Positions 1 through 10,227 of a stretch of DNA of 64,000 nt are shown one piece after another. Below the pieces are notes generated by a model. It saw only the letters and a program-made list of their open reading frames with translations, did no database searches and was not told the DNA's origin. The DNA comes from a virus (taxonomy: Duplodnaviria > Caudoviricetes), in the IMG/VR virus record IMGVR_UViG_3300021167_000382, positions 128,001-192,000 of that record; one strand, 5' to 3'. The position numbers were made by a program, and so were the translations under genes. How positions within the stretch are numbered: the stretch's first letter is position 1; each line of letters begins with the position of its first letter.

Positions 1-436
1 TCTTCTTATCACTCATCTTTTCTTTGAGGTTATCGCGAGTCTTTTGCCAGAACTCATTCCCCATGTAAATCGCTTTGTTCGTTGGGTTAACCAAACCTTC
101 TTCAATGAGGTTACGGCCCTTGAAAGTATCGAATGAATATGCAAGGTTGAGCATCCGGTGCTCGTGGGTGTTGATCTCGGTGTCGTAAGGGTTGTAAAAC
201 AACTCGTTAGCGGCAATACGATACATACGGCTCAGCGCCGAGAAGATCATAAACCGCATCACCGTTGTCTTAAAACAGTTACCCGGGCCAACGATACCAG
301 TAATGTTAGATACACCGCCTAGGAAAACACGCTGATCGTGCGTACCTGTCAGATACTCACCCGTTGGAATATCCAACAGCGAGCCACAAGGCATTGCATA
401 CATCACGGGTGGGGGGAGGGTCATTTGAGGACGCAT
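1..436 (-). CDS. uvsX: UvsX/RecA-like recombinase (phiKZ gp152-like), 3' end beyond window
   Basis: Manual translation from ATG at 436: MRPQMTLPPPVMYAMPCGSLLDIPTGEY...GIVGPGNCFKTT (Walker A)...YDTE; frame open to window edge; purine-rich RBS upstream. Confidence 0.8.
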   Translation of the reverse strand, partial: MRPQMTLPPPVMYAMPCGSLLDIPTGEYLTGTHDQRVFLGGVSNITGIVGPGNCFKTTVMRFMIFSALSRMYRIAANELFYNPYDTEINTHEHRMLNLAYSFDTFKGRNLIEEGLVNPTNKAIYMGNEFWQKTRDNLKEKMSDKK

Positions 437-559
437 CTTCTTTCCCTTTAAGATTAGAGGAATTATTCACACACTCTATCACCTCCTCTGAGGAGAATTT
501 CAAAGCGTATTTAAGAATTAGATGACACTCTTTTCATAATTAGCAAAAGGATTAATATC

Positions 560-1414
560 ATGATTTGCGCTGCCACCGAGACTGTACATTCCACCGATCA
601 TCTTCGTAAGATGCTGGCTATTGAGTCCATCCATGGAAGTAATCAATCGGTTCTAGATATCTTCGGTCGTCTTGTTTCAAACTCCTCAGAAGTTCTGAAC
701 TCATTCATCGCACCGATTTCTAGCTTTGTCGGGAAATCGTCAGACAACTCCATCAAGAATAGCGATTACCGTAAAACACTTAAGGCTGTGAAGGTGCTTC
801 CCTTTGCAGCTTATCAAGACACATTGATCCAGGTACCTGAAGGTTTCACGGGTTCTTTGGATAAGTACATTGAAATGCTCCTGAATGTCCATGGGCAGCT
901 TGTTAGTGCGGCTAATGAAGTATTGATTAGCTATAGTGATGAACTGGCCATCTTCCTGAACAATGTGGATCATCGTAAATCCATCAAGAACTACGAAGCC
1001 TTCTATAAGAAGATGACAGCTGACCGGACGCGTTTCAATAAAGAAATGGAAGTCTTCTTTAAGAAAGACAGCAATCTGTCCCGTGTGAAACTGGGTTCCG
1101 TGATGTCTCGTTTTGGTGACTTGGACGGTATCTTTGCCAACGCAGAGAAACTTGAAGCCGTTCATGCTAAGACCTCGTTGTCTGAATTAACTAGCAATGT
1201 CAAACACGCCGTCAGCCTTCTTGGACTTATTCGTGATAAGGTTGAACACGATAAGGAACTGAACATCTCTGGTCAGATGGCCATGCATATTTCTGAAGGT
1301 GCCTATGAAGCGGCTCGTTATGTTGAGCTGGTTTCTTTGGCATGCTATAACATCGAGGTTGGTTTGACCACGGTTCGTAATCTCTCCGAGCAATTCAACA
1401 AGATTACCGGCTAA
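560..1414 (+). CDS. Putative virion (head) structural protein, phiKZ gp153-like
   Basis: 284-aa helical ORF divergent from uvsX as in phiKZ; A-I-E motif near the N-terminus resembles a prohead protease cleavage site; followed by a long hairpin. Confidence 0.55.
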   Translation: MICAATETVHSTDHLRKMLAIESIHGSNQSVLDIFGRLVSNSSEVLNSFIAPISSFVGKSSDNSIKNSDYRKTLKAVKVLPFAAYQDTLIQVPEGFTGSLDKYIEMLLNVHGQLVSAANEVLISYSDELAIFLNNVDHRKSIKNYEAFYKKMTADRTRFNKEMEVFFKKDSNLSRVKLGSVMSRFGDLDGIFANAEKLEAVHAKTSLSELTSNVKHAVSLLGLIRDKVEHDKELNISGQMAMHISEGAYEAARYVELVSLACYNIEVGLTTVRNLSEQFNKITG

Positions 1415-1422
1415 TACTGATA

Positions 1423-1459
1423 CTGACATCCTGGGAGGTTATACCTCCCAGGATGTCAG
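1423..1459. terminator. Bidirectional hairpin terminator
   Basis: CTGACATCCTGGGAGGT-TAT-ACCTCCCAGGATGTCAG, 17-bp stem between convergent genes. Confidence 0.8.
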
Positions 1460-1466
1460 ATGTTTG

Positions 1467-1916
1467 TTAGATCATGGAACCGTAAACATAGATGTCACAG
1501 TCATGATGATGCGATAGACGGTTAACAATCAATTCCCGAACAGATTCCCAAGGAAGTCCACCAAAGCCACAGCCAAGCTGAGGAATGGCAATGGATTTGA
1601 CTTGCATCGATTCAATAGCCTCAGAGAGACTAGAGAGACCTTGGTCGATGTTCTCCAAAAGACTTTTATCAGACCAATGATTCTTGGTTGGGAAACTGAC
1701 AATCGCTGGAAAAGCCGCGTTTTGATGAAGATGTACTCGACCCAAACGAATCATTCCATCATCACAAAGACCTTTGTACTGTTGGAAGTAGGAGGGGTAT
1801 TTCTTTTTGAATTGAAGAGCAAGACCTTTACCCATGACCCCATAACAGTTAACAGGGTTCACTAAGACTTCGGTCTTACTTTCCAAGAGATCACCAAGGA
1901 CAAAGTGGATAGCCAT
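1467..1916 (-). CDS. Macrodomain ADP-ribose glycohydrolase (DarG/Poa1p-like)
   Basis: GDLL...VNPVNCYGVMGKGLALQFKKKYP...FPTKNHW...SIAIPQLGCGFGGLPW signature. Confidence 0.9.
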   Translation of the reverse strand: MAIHFVLGDLLESKTEVLVNPVNCYGVMGKGLALQFKKKYPSYFQQYKGLCDDGMIRLGRVHLHQNAAFPAIVSFPTKNHWSDKSLLENIDQGLSSLSEAIESMQVKSIAIPQLGCGFGGLPWESVRELIVNRLSHHHDCDIYVYGSMI

Positions 1917-1918
1917 TA

Positions 1919-2344
1919 TTACGCCGAACGAAAGGTTGCACGAGTGACAGCTTCGTAAACATCCGCTGCCATGAGCTGCTCACTACCGTACTGGAGCCAA
2001 GAGGGACATCGATTCGCAAATTGCAAGCAGATTCCCCAGCGTTCTGTGTTTTCCATTTCCCTAAGGGATAGGATCTTGTTCTGTTCAGTAACAAGATCGG
2101 CCCAGATATGATCAGAGATGTATGCAGGGAAAAGCATGCTGTTAGCGCCATAAGCCACTTTCAGCGCTTCGTTAACTCTTGCAAGAATTGCAGGGTCAGG
2201 TGTCTTTGAAAACAACACACCGATCACTGATCCCACATACAACAGACGCTTGATCCGCATAGGGAGTAATTCCCTTAACTTCTCACAAAGCATCCGCGTT
2301 AAGAAGTTACCCATACCCAAGCCATAACGTTTGTTAAGACTCAT
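1919..2344 (-). CDS. Hypothetical protein
   Basis: 141-aa ORF tightly packed between the RNase H and macrodomain genes, with GGAG RBS. Confidence 0.7.
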   Translation of the reverse strand: MSLNKRYGLGMGNFLTRMLCEKLRELLPMRIKRLLYVGSVIGVLFSKTPDPAILARVNEALKVAYGANSMLFPAYISDHIWADLVTEQNKILSLREMENTERWGICLQFANRCPSWLQYGSEQLMAADVYEAVTRATFRSA

Positions 2345-2357
2345 GGCAATTTCTCCT

Positions 2358-3839
2358 TCATTTTTTCAAAAGAATATTGTTTGCGAAGTAGTTTGACCAT
2401 ATTCCAACAGCGTCGTCTGTTTTCACAATCGTCGCATATCGAACCAAATAATCACCATCTTTCCATGCAACAATATAAACCAAGGGGTTGATCAACTCGA
2501 AATGCTTGAAACTATTCCGAGGCGGGACGTCTTCACTAAAAGACAAGATCACATCAAGTTCAGTGACATCCTTATCTTTAAAAGGAATCGTCAGGCGGGT
2601 ATTCTGAATACCAACACCGAAATCTTTCTTCAGTTCATGGATTTCAATCTCATCTTTACCTGACTTCTTCAGTCGAGTAGTATAGAAGTGATCGGTTACA
2701 TCGCACAGCTGGAAACCTCTACCATCTCCTTCAAAGAACTTACTGAAGGTTAGGTAGTTATTCTGAAATTCAATCAGAAGTGATTCCAGGTGAGTCATGG
2801 CTTCGAATGCCCGTAAGGGGAGTTCATCTGCTCGAACTTCAACGACGATTGGTTTCTTGTCCAATGTGTTCATGTTCAGATTGCGGCGATCAGGTACGAA
2901 AGCTAAGGCACCCCAGTGGTTAACCTGCTGAAGTACTTCTTGATTTCGAATCATGTCCACTTTACCGTAGACGATTCGGTTGTAGTCACTTTTACGAGCG
3001 ATCGTTGCTTGAATCGCTGCTTCCATCACTACGTCAGGTTCATTCAAGCAGACCACGGAGAAAGTAGCTTCACTAGAACGTTTACCAGTGATGAACTCCT
3101 TACCGCTACCGTCACTCTGATAGTACATACCTGGTTGGTGGAAGTCTTCATTCGTATTGAAGTAAACCCGTTTCAGAGAGATAAATGGATGAACACTCTC
3201 AAGCTTAGCGAAGTATTCACTGGCCGGCCAAGTAACAACAGTGCGACCTAGGTCACCGAGATAGGAGCGAGTTACTGCCATGGTCGCTAGGCAATCCGCT
3301 TTGCTATTACCGAAGTCATCGTTATGACCCTTGATCCAACCAGAAGTCAGTTCGAATTTACTACCAGAGATAACCATGAGGTCATCGAGTTTTTTCCAGA
3401 AAGTCTGGTTCTTGACAGGGCTGCCGTCAGACAAAGTCCATCGACGGTTCTTCCATCCTGGAATCCATTCATTCATCCCTTTTAACGTGTATTCGCTATC
3501 GCAGATGATATGAACCCGGGCTATACCGGAAATTGTATTAGCAAACTCGAAACCAGCGATCACCGCATTCATCTCAGCGATGTTATTGGTACCGAGTCCG
3601 ATCGCATCCACGATCTCAACAATTTGCTCAACCACGACACCTTGCTTCATACCAGTGTCGAAGTCTTTCTTAAGGACATAGCCTTCATCAGTGGCTATCC
3701 AGGAATCAATCCGAGTAGGTTTCCCTTTCTCTTCCGGAATACCATAGATATAGCCATGGACACCTGAACCTGACGGACCATTGGGATTTGGATTAGCCCC
3801 ACCATCACAATAAAGTACCAAACCGCGCGTTGCTGACAT
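2358..3839 (-). CDS. rnhA: Ribonuclease HI with C-terminal extension (phiKZ gp155-like)
   Basis: YCDGG, TNNIAEM, CDSEY, GWKNRRW, WIKGHNDDFGNSKADCLA RNase HI motifs. Confidence 0.9.
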   Translation of the reverse strand: MSATRGLVLYCDGGANPNPNGPSGSGVHGYIYGIPEEKGKPTRIDSWIATDEGYVLKKDFDTGMKQGVVVEQIVEIVDAIGLGTNNIAEMNAVIAGFEFANTISGIARVHIICDSEYTLKGMNEWIPGWKNRRWTLSDGSPVKNQTFWKKLDDLMVISGSKFELTSGWIKGHNDDFGNSKADCLATMAVTRSYLGDLGRTVVTWPASEYFAKLESVHPFISLKRVYFNTNEDFHQPGMYYQSDGSGKEFITGKRSSEATFSVVCLNEPDVVMEAAIQATIARKSDYNRIVYGKVDMIRNQEVLQQVNHWGALAFVPDRRNLNMNTLDKKPIVVEVRADELPLRAFEAMTHLESLLIEFQNNYLTFSKFFEGDGRGFQLCDVTDHFYTTRLKKSGKDEIEIHELKKDFGVGIQNTRLTIPFKDKDVTELDVILSFSEDVPPRNSFKHFELINPLVYIVAWKDGDYLVRYATIVKTDDAVGIWSNYFANNILLKK

Positions 3840-3864
3840 GACGTTTCTCCGAATCTCTTTTTAA

Positions 3865-4269
3865 CTACTCCATCTTGTCATGTAGCGCTTTTTTATCGTG
3901 AGGTTTTGGCTTAGTTTTCAAAGGCTTAAACCGGTCTCGGTTCTCTTCGAAAAGTTGCTCATAGTGACTGATTGTCAGATTTAGTTTTTCGATTTCCGTC
4001 TCTTTAACTTTCTGTTCTTTCCTGACCTCGAGATAACTCGTCGACGTTTCATAAAAGCGTTCAAGGAGCCAGAGATTTAAAAAGAATGAAAGCATCAGCG
4101 CCACAGCCACACTGACCTTATTTGAATTAAACTTCTTACTTCTGAAGTCATATTCTTCTTTGCTGTCAAAGAGTAATTCCTTGACAACGAACCAAAACAT
4201 TTTAAGCAAGTGTAGCATATCCAAAATTCCTTTCTTATTATTCGAGGTGAACCAATGCGTCTTATCCAA
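3865..4269 (-). CDS. Hypothetical membrane-anchored coiled-coil protein
   Basis: Hydrophobic stretch VSVAVALMLSFFLNLWLL followed by a charged helix; start may be downstream. Confidence 0.6.
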   Translation of the reverse strand: MDKTHWFTSNNKKGILDMLHLLKMFWFVVKELLFDSKEEYDFRSKKFNSNKVSVAVALMLSFFLNLWLLERFYETSTSYLEVRKEQKVKETEIEKLNLTISHYEQLFEENRDRFKPLKTKPKPHDKKALHDKME

Positions 4270-5547
4270 GGCTTTGTTACCAAAGATTCATTTATCATCA
4301 ACCAAGATGGTCAGGTAAATGAGTTCTTTGAGCTGTCTCCGCTGTCCTTGACTTTCTCTAAAGAACGCGGTGAGTATCAATCTATTGCCAATGTGGGTGA
4401 TATTCTACATACCTTCACCACCAGGGACACTACCACCGGTCTCGGATTTACATTGGATGCTGTTTCTGTTTCAGATACACTGTCCATCACGGGTGCGATT
4501 CTCGCATACTGTAGTGGTAACACGTTCAGCAGCACTGAATTCATTAACTTCATCCGAACGTCCTTCAATGGAAAGATCGTCAACTTCACCCACGGTGCGT
4601 TGTATGAAGGAAATCTATACTCCATTCCAGATTGGTCCGCTTGGACGCTGATGGATGGGACTGAAGTACGTATCTGGCATCGTGATGAAGCTTTCCAGAA
4701 TCAATACTCCTTCTACGAGATCGTCACCGTAGCGCCATTGGATAACATCGACCAGTTTTTCTCTCGGTATAGTGATATGGTCTCACGGATCAGTGCGCTT
4801 TCCATATCCGCAGTCATGGAACGTATCCAAACTGCCAAGGGTGTCTATCCTGATACCTATACACGTATTCTGACATTCAAGTTGCACAATCAGAATAACG
4901 TCGATCAATCGATCGATACACAGTGGGGAGTTCTGGTTTACGGTAAGAACGGCGATAACATCGATAGTATCAAAGACGCCATCGTTGATTTCCTGCTTAA
5001 TAACAGCACGCATAGTGAAGCAGAGTGGAAGGTCATCTTTCCAGAAATCTTCATGCGAACTGAGTTTGCTTTCTATCCTCGTTGGGATAAAGTCGCTATT
5101 CGAAATACAGCAGAACTTGGTAGTATCTACAGTGCTGTCTATAAGCCGACTGATATGCTGGACCACGTCATCAGTAACAGTCCGTCACCGATCACGCAAA
5201 CATTCGCCAGCAATAACCTCAGCGTAATGCCGTTTGATTATAAGTCTATCACCTGTGGTGTCATTTGCGGTTCTACGAATCTTGCAGCAATTGATGATAT
5301 CACTGAAATCTTCCCAGACTACATTCCGGTTAACACTAGTTCACTGGACTTCAACCGTATGTCACACAGTACCCGAGAGTGGGTTTTGAAAATGGTTGAA
5401 CTGATCCGGATTGCTGAAACAGTGACTGAGTATAGCACTGTGATCAACCCCATGCGCCGTGTAACTCGTAATGGCAAGCTTTTTGTTTGTTTTGTCTACG
5501 ATAATGTGAACTTCCTGGTCTCTGCCAAGAAGAATACCATTCTCTAA
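4255..5547 (+). CDS. Putative virion structural protein (phiKZ gp157-like by synteny)
   Basis: 430-aa ORF with GAGG RBS, located between the RNase H and SbcC genes as in phiKZ-like phages. Confidence 0.55.
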   Translation: MRLIQGFVTKDSFIINQDGQVNEFFELSPLSLTFSKERGEYQSIANVGDILHTFTTRDTTTGLGFTLDAVSVSDTLSITGAILAYCSGNTFSSTEFINFIRTSFNGKIVNFTHGALYEGNLYSIPDWSAWTLMDGTEVRIWHRDEAFQNQYSFYEIVTVAPLDNIDQFFSRYSDMVSRISALSISAVMERIQTAKGVYPDTYTRILTFKLHNQNNVDQSIDTQWGVLVYGKNGDNIDSIKDAIVDFLLNNSTHSEAEWKVIFPEIFMRTEFAFYPRWDKVAIRNTAELGSIYSAVYKPTDMLDHVISNSPSPITQTFASNNLSVMPFDYKSITCGVICGSTNLAAIDDITEIFPDYIPVNTSSLDFNRMSHSTREWVLKMVELIRIAETVTEYSTVINPMRRVTRNGKLFVCFVYDNVNFLVSAKKNTIL

Positions 5548-5559
5548 CAAGGAAACACT

Positions 5560-6168
5560 ATGACCATGGTGATCACACCGCCTCTGGGTGCCAAAGGGAT
5601 CTACTCACTCGCTTCTCCTTTTGACCGTCTGGTCGATACTGGGATCGAGTACACCTGTCTCGCTGTCCGGAAGCTCAGTGACTATATTGCTGCCAATGAA
5701 AACCCGAAGGATCTTATCTATAAGACCTACGGTATTGAGCCATCTTTCGATGACGATCTGGCAAAAGACGTCTATATCGTTTCACTTCAATCACGCCGTG
5801 GCCACTGGCTGTACATTCCTGAACAGTATGTACTTGCATTTCCTTCTGGCAGCGGACATCGGTATCGTTCAGTCAGTCTAGTGTTCGCACTTCCATCACT
5901 TCCAGTCACAACAGACCTCACCGCTATTCAGACTGAAGTGATGGAATTGATCAAGGCTCGTCTAGGTGTCGATGTGAAATCTAAACCTGTTGAAACTTCC
6001 CAAGTAACACTAGTGACAGATGATCGTCATGTCGAGATCTCGACAGCACGAACTCTTGCTAAAACCGCGAATGGTTCATGGGAAGAAATGCAGCATCTTC
6101 GTAATCATAACCAAGAACTTCGTAACAAAATAGCACTGTTGGAAGCACACATTCAAGCTAACGCTTAA
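5560..6168 (+). CDS. Conserved jumbo-phage hypothetical/virion protein
   Basis: 202-aa ORF with AAGGA RBS, co-oriented with the previous gene, followed by a terminator. Confidence 0.6.
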   Translation: MTMVITPPLGAKGIYSLASPFDRLVDTGIEYTCLAVRKLSDYIAANENPKDLIYKTYGIEPSFDDDLAKDVYIVSLQSRRGHWLYIPEQYVLAFPSGSGHRYRSVSLVFALPSLPVTTDLTAIQTEVMELIKARLGVDVKSKPVETSQVTLVTDDRHVEISTARTLAKTANGSWEEMQHLRNHNQELRNKIALLEAHIQANA

Positions 6169-6170
6169 TG

Positions 6171-6208
6171 ACGATACTCGGAGAGGCAGATGCCTCTCCG
6201 AGTATCGT
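6171..6208. terminator. Bidirectional hairpin terminator
   Basis: ACGATACTCGGAGAGGCA-GA-TGCCTCTCCGAGTATCGT between convergent genes. Confidence 0.8.
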
Positions 6209-6209
6209 A

Positions 6210-8732
6210 CTAACTGATGATGGCGCAACTGTTATAGGTAAGATGTTTCGGCATAGAGACATTCGCGTCACAGAGAACTGTGATATCCGCTGCACTTAAA
6301 CTAGAGTAGCCGTTTTCATAATGGCTGATTAGAAAAACCTGACTTACATTGGCTTCATCGATGAGATACTCGATGATGCTATAAGCTGCTTTTCGATGCG
6401 CGTCATCCATCTTGACAGCGAATTCATCCAAGAACACAGGATGATGTTCGAAGCCCATGAATCGCATACAGGTGATCACGCACGCTAGGTGGATGATTTC
6501 ACGCATACCGCTAGACGTACTTGCGATATCTGGAGAACTGCCTGTGTTGTTTACATTCACAATGAATTTGTAATCCAGATCGATCTCATCATCACCTTCA
6601 GGCTTGATGGTGTCTAGAGATAACGGATAGCTCCATACTTTTGCAATGAACCGGTTCACTCGTTCAATGAACGTATTAATAAATAGACTCATTCCTTGCG
6701 CAATCAGTCCAGTTTTAGGAGAAAGTGCATCGATGGCTATGTTAACTAAACGAAGCTCGTCCTTATAACTCTGGATAGAGACCTCTGTATTTTGAATCAC
6801 TGCTTTCTTCATTGAGACCTGGGCAACAGAACGTTCTTTTTGAACAATTTCAGTTTTCAGGTTATTAATGAGATCACCAAGAACCCCGTCCAAGTAAGTT
6901 TCTATGGTACACTGTTCAAGTTTCTTAATCTCAGTTTGAAGATGGCTGAAACGTCCATAGAGGTCATAGATCTCCTTCATGGTCGATAGTTCTTCTTGTA
7001 ATGTAGAGGACATCAGCGTTAGTGTTGTGACACGCTGCTGAACCGTCTGGATAGTTTCTTCAAGCTCACGGAAAGCTTCCTTAAGCTTACCTTTGTTTTT
7101 GTTCAAGGCTGCTTCATACACAGCTTTCAATCGAAGCTTCTCATCGAGCAGCTTGTTACAGTTATCTAACATGGATAACGCTGAAAGATGTTGCTTCAGT
7201 CGCGTAGATTCATGTAAGAATCGTTCAGGGTATTTAGAGAAGACATTCTCTTTAGCCAAGTAGTTCCAGAAGGGTGACAGTGCTTCATACTGCTCCATTG
7301 TACTGGTCACAGTTCGCCGAACTTGAATGTAGTGATCGAACTCAGCCTTCAGCGCTCGCAGTCGTTCTATTTCTTTTGTTCGACGGTCGTAAGACTCTTG
7401 AGTAACCTTCAGATCATTCTGAAGATGTTGGAACTTGCTTAAGCTGTAGCCAAGGTGCCACGAATGGTTACAGTTTGGACAAGACACTTCGGCTTGTTCC
7501 TTAGATTTAAGCATGTCATCTATCTGAGTCTTGCTATAAGAGATCATACCAGCTTCACGACGATAAATATCTTCATGCATTAGGAGATCGTCCGCTACCT
7601 TCTTGTAACTGGAAGGCGTTACATCAGTGACTTCAGCTCTTTCAGAATAAGGCTGTAGTTCATCAGCACAATGCTGGAGCGCAGTGAGTGACATGGATAA
7701 CATATCCAACAGGTATCCCGGTTTATGAACGTCAAACGTAAATATCCAGGGTATGTCCATCTCAAGTAACTGACTTGTCGCTGTCTTCTTAGCGGTCAGT
7801 TCTTCGATCTCGTCTTTCAGTTTACCAAAATCAAGAGAATCGACTACTTGAAACTCTCTTAACTCCGATTCTATTTTCAGGTGTTGCTCGTAGCGTATTT
7901 TGAGTTCTTTTCTAGACTCGGTTAGCTGGTGCGATGTCGTTTGATACGCCGCCTCTAGTTCGTCTAATGATTTCCTAGAAGCAATACGCTCGTAGCGTGC
8001 GAACGCATCGGTGATCTCACACTGTAACGTATTATAAAGTTCAACGGAGGCACTACGTTGATGTTCAATGGTTCTCGGATCAACAGAAGTGATTTCTTTC
8101 GACATCAGAAGTGACTCGAGAATACCCCTCATCTCTTCAGCTTCGCGTTTTACGACGATTTCTTGCTCTGGGGTAAGCAACCCCTCAATCTCGCTCGATA
8201 AACGCTTCTGGAGCTGTGTAACGGTACCTTGTAGATCCCGTGCTCTATCCTTAAGGCGATTGAAGTACTGGAAAGCGTAAGTGTAGTCGACGTTATTCAT
8301 ACTCATGAAGAGTTTACGTCGGTCATTCACACTCAGTTCATGGAACAAAACTCGACCCGTCATCAACGCATGGAGTTCAGCGCTGTAGTTAAAGTGTTCT
8401 TTAACCAGTTCTTTAAAAACAGTCACAGTTCGACCTGGATTCAGGTTGACGCCATCACAGTAGAATTCAAAGAGATTGCCTTCAGCTGGAAAGCTTGAGA
8501 CTAGATAGTATTCCTTCCCTCGGAATTCAATCCAAATTTCCTTACTCCCACCTTTTCGGTATTCGGCAGGCACTGCTGGTAGGGGTGAGAGTTCTTTCAT
8601 CAATGAGGATTTACCGCTACCATTACTTCCAAGGATGATCTGTGTCTTTTCCTTAGGAGTGTATTCAATCCGATCAATCGATCGAAGGCTTAGCCGAAGA
8701 AAGCCTGTGAGAATCAGTTTTGTTATTTTCAT
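6210..8732 (-). CDS. sbcC: SbcC/Rad50-like SMC ATPase
   Basis: Walker A GSNGSGKS, long coiled coil, zinc hook CPNC, signature SSGMRE, Walker B VFLDE, H-loop LISH. Confidence 0.92.
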   Translation of the reverse strand: MKITKLILTGFLRLSLRSIDRIEYTPKEKTQIILGSNGSGKSSLMKELSPLPAVPAEYRKGGSKEIWIEFRGKEYYLVSSFPAEGNLFEFYCDGVNLNPGRTVTVFKELVKEHFNYSAELHALMTGRVLFHELSVNDRRKLFMSMNNVDYTYAFQYFNRLKDRARDLQGTVTQLQKRLSSEIEGLLTPEQEIVVKREAEEMRGILESLLMSKEITSVDPRTIEHQRSASVELYNTLQCEITDAFARYERIASRKSLDELEAAYQTTSHQLTESRKELKIRYEQHLKIESELREFQVVDSLDFGKLKDEIEELTAKKTATSQLLEMDIPWIFTFDVHKPGYLLDMLSMSLTALQHCADELQPYSERAEVTDVTPSSYKKVADDLLMHEDIYRREAGMISYSKTQIDDMLKSKEQAEVSCPNCNHSWHLGYSLSKFQHLQNDLKVTQESYDRRTKEIERLRALKAEFDHYIQVRRTVTSTMEQYEALSPFWNYLAKENVFSKYPERFLHESTRLKQHLSALSMLDNCNKLLDEKLRLKAVYEAALNKNKGKLKEAFRELEETIQTVQQRVTTLTLMSSTLQEELSTMKEIYDLYGRFSHLQTEIKKLEQCTIETYLDGVLGDLINNLKTEIVQKERSVAQVSMKKAVIQNTEVSIQSYKDELRLVNIAIDALSPKTGLIAQGMSLFINTFIERVNRFIAKVWSYPLSLDTIKPEGDDEIDLDYKFIVNVNNTGSSPDIASTSSGMREIIHLACVITCMRFMGFEHHPVFLDEFAVKMDDAHRKAAYSIIEYLIDEANVSQVFLISHYENGYSSLSAADITVLCDANVSMPKHLTYNSCAIIS

Positions 8733-9127
8733 GTTCGAAACTCATAGTAGAGTTGACGGTATTGTTCTGACAGTTGACCTAGCATACCGTAATCAACACC
8801 AGTGATTACTGAGATAACTTGACCTTGGGCACAGTAATGAAGAATCGTTTCTTTTCCATCTACCATTAAAGCTTCTAACGCTGAAGCCACTTCATCCGTG
8901 TCAAGTTGAGTATAGTGCTCCGATGTATCTCTTTGCTTAAACAGTTCAACATTAATTCGCTCAGTCTCACTGTGGCCAAGAAATCCATGATCCTTGAGAT
9001 AGTTTTTTCTAATCAATCTCGACCATCTGAAAAAGGGTTGTTCCATATCTGAAGTGACTAGGAAGTAACCAGTTTTAACATGGTAATGGTTAGGTATCTC
9101 AGGATGAGGTATGAAGATTTCATTCAT
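8729..9127 (-). CDS. Hypothetical protein
   Basis: 132-aa ORF overlapping the sbcC start (ATGA coupling). Confidence 0.65.
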   Translation of the reverse strand: MNEIFIPHPEIPNHYHVKTGYFLVTSDMEQPFFRWSRLIRKNYLKDHGFLGHSETERINVELFKQRDTSEHYTQLDTDEVASALEALMVDGKETILHYCAQGQVISVITGVDYGMLGQLSEQYRQLYYEFRT

Positions 9128-9214
9128 CTTTTTAACCTATTATCCATAACTAAAGGATAGGGCGCTGGCGAGTAAAAATAAAGAGTCGGTGGGTATCTTC
9201 TGACATAACTTTTA

Positions 9215-10186
9215 ATGGTGATTAACATGGCTCTAAATGATGAAAATAGTGGCGGATATCGTTTCTATTCACTAGGTATCGTCGTGGTCGATAAGGAAGA
9301 GGGTAGTGATACCATCACGGTTACACCGATTGAAGATTTCTCTATGGAACTGGGTGAGTTATCTTCTACGGATCGTAAGAAAGAATCAACGACCGCGAAT
9401 TCGGCAGGTGTGAAGAAGACCTCGAATATTGAAGGGGGTAGTACCGTAGAAGCAAGATGGGTTCCGCTCTCAAACCCTAATCGCGATAATGCCCCGGACG
9501 TCTATCGGTCAGAAACGGTCATGTTGTATAAATATGCCGATACCCAAGACTATTACTGGACTACATTCTTCCGTGAACCTTCGTTACGAGGTCGGGAACG
9601 GGCACGGACTGCACTTTCTAATAAAGATGCAGGTGGCGAAGCGTATAACCCGGACTCGTCTTACTGGGTAGAGATCGATACGAAGTATAAGCACATGAAG
9701 ATTCATACGTCGGATAATGACGGTGAACCAACGACTTACGATATCACGATCAATACCAAGCAAGGAACGATTACTGTTGAAGATAAACTCGGTAACAGTA
9801 TTCTGCTAGAATCAGTGCCTGGACATCTAGAAGTGACCACTGAACAAAGTGTCACTGTGAATACACGACGTTATGTGTTGAACGCTACTGAGTCCGTGGA
9901 GATCAATACACCGAAGTACACACTGAATGCGAATTCAACCGCTGAAGTCAATACGCCTGACCATACGCTGAACGCTGACAAAGCTGAAACGAATGGGACA
10001 CTTAACCAGGTGAATAGTGAACTTGTCGCTACAGAAGGTTTCCATTTGTCAGGTGGTTCTGGAAGTAGTACAGGTACCTTCGTGGGTAACTTTAAAGTCC
10101 AAGGCAATATTGACGTTGATGCTAATATCACAGCTGCTGGTAGTATCATTGACGGCGGCGGGAATACTAATCACCACAGCCACTGA
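9215..10186 (+). CDS. Baseplate central spike (gpV/phiKZ gp164-like)
   Basis: Beta-repeat C-terminal half (YVLNATESVEINTPKYTLNANSTAEVNTP) ending in NTNHHSH, an HxH iron-binding tip motif. Confidence 0.8.
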   Translation: MVINMALNDENSGGYRFYSLGIVVVDKEEGSDTITVTPIEDFSMELGELSSTDRKKESTTANSAGVKKTSNIEGGSTVEARWVPLSNPNRDNAPDVYRSETVMLYKYADTQDYYWTTFFREPSLRGRERARTALSNKDAGGEAYNPDSSYWVEIDTKYKHMKIHTSDNDGEPTTYDITINTKQGTITVEDKLGNSILLESVPGHLEVTTEQSVTVNTRRYVLNATESVEINTPKYTLNANSTAEVNTPDHTLNADKAETNGTLNQVNSELVATEGFHLSGGSGSSTGTFVGNFKVQGNIDVDANITAAGSIIDGGGNTNHHSH

Positions 10187-10190
10187 GTAA

Positions 10191-10222
10191 ACAGAGGGAG
10201 AGGCATTCGCCTCTCCCTCTGT
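10191..10222. terminator. Bidirectional hairpin terminator
   Basis: ACAGAGGGAGAGGC-ATTC-GCCTCTCCCTCTGT. Confidence 0.8.
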
Positions 10223-10227
10223 ACGTA

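Noticed and set aside
13-216. 67-aa minus-strand ORF in the track
   Set aside because: Out-of-frame overlap with the UvsX-like gene that starts at 436
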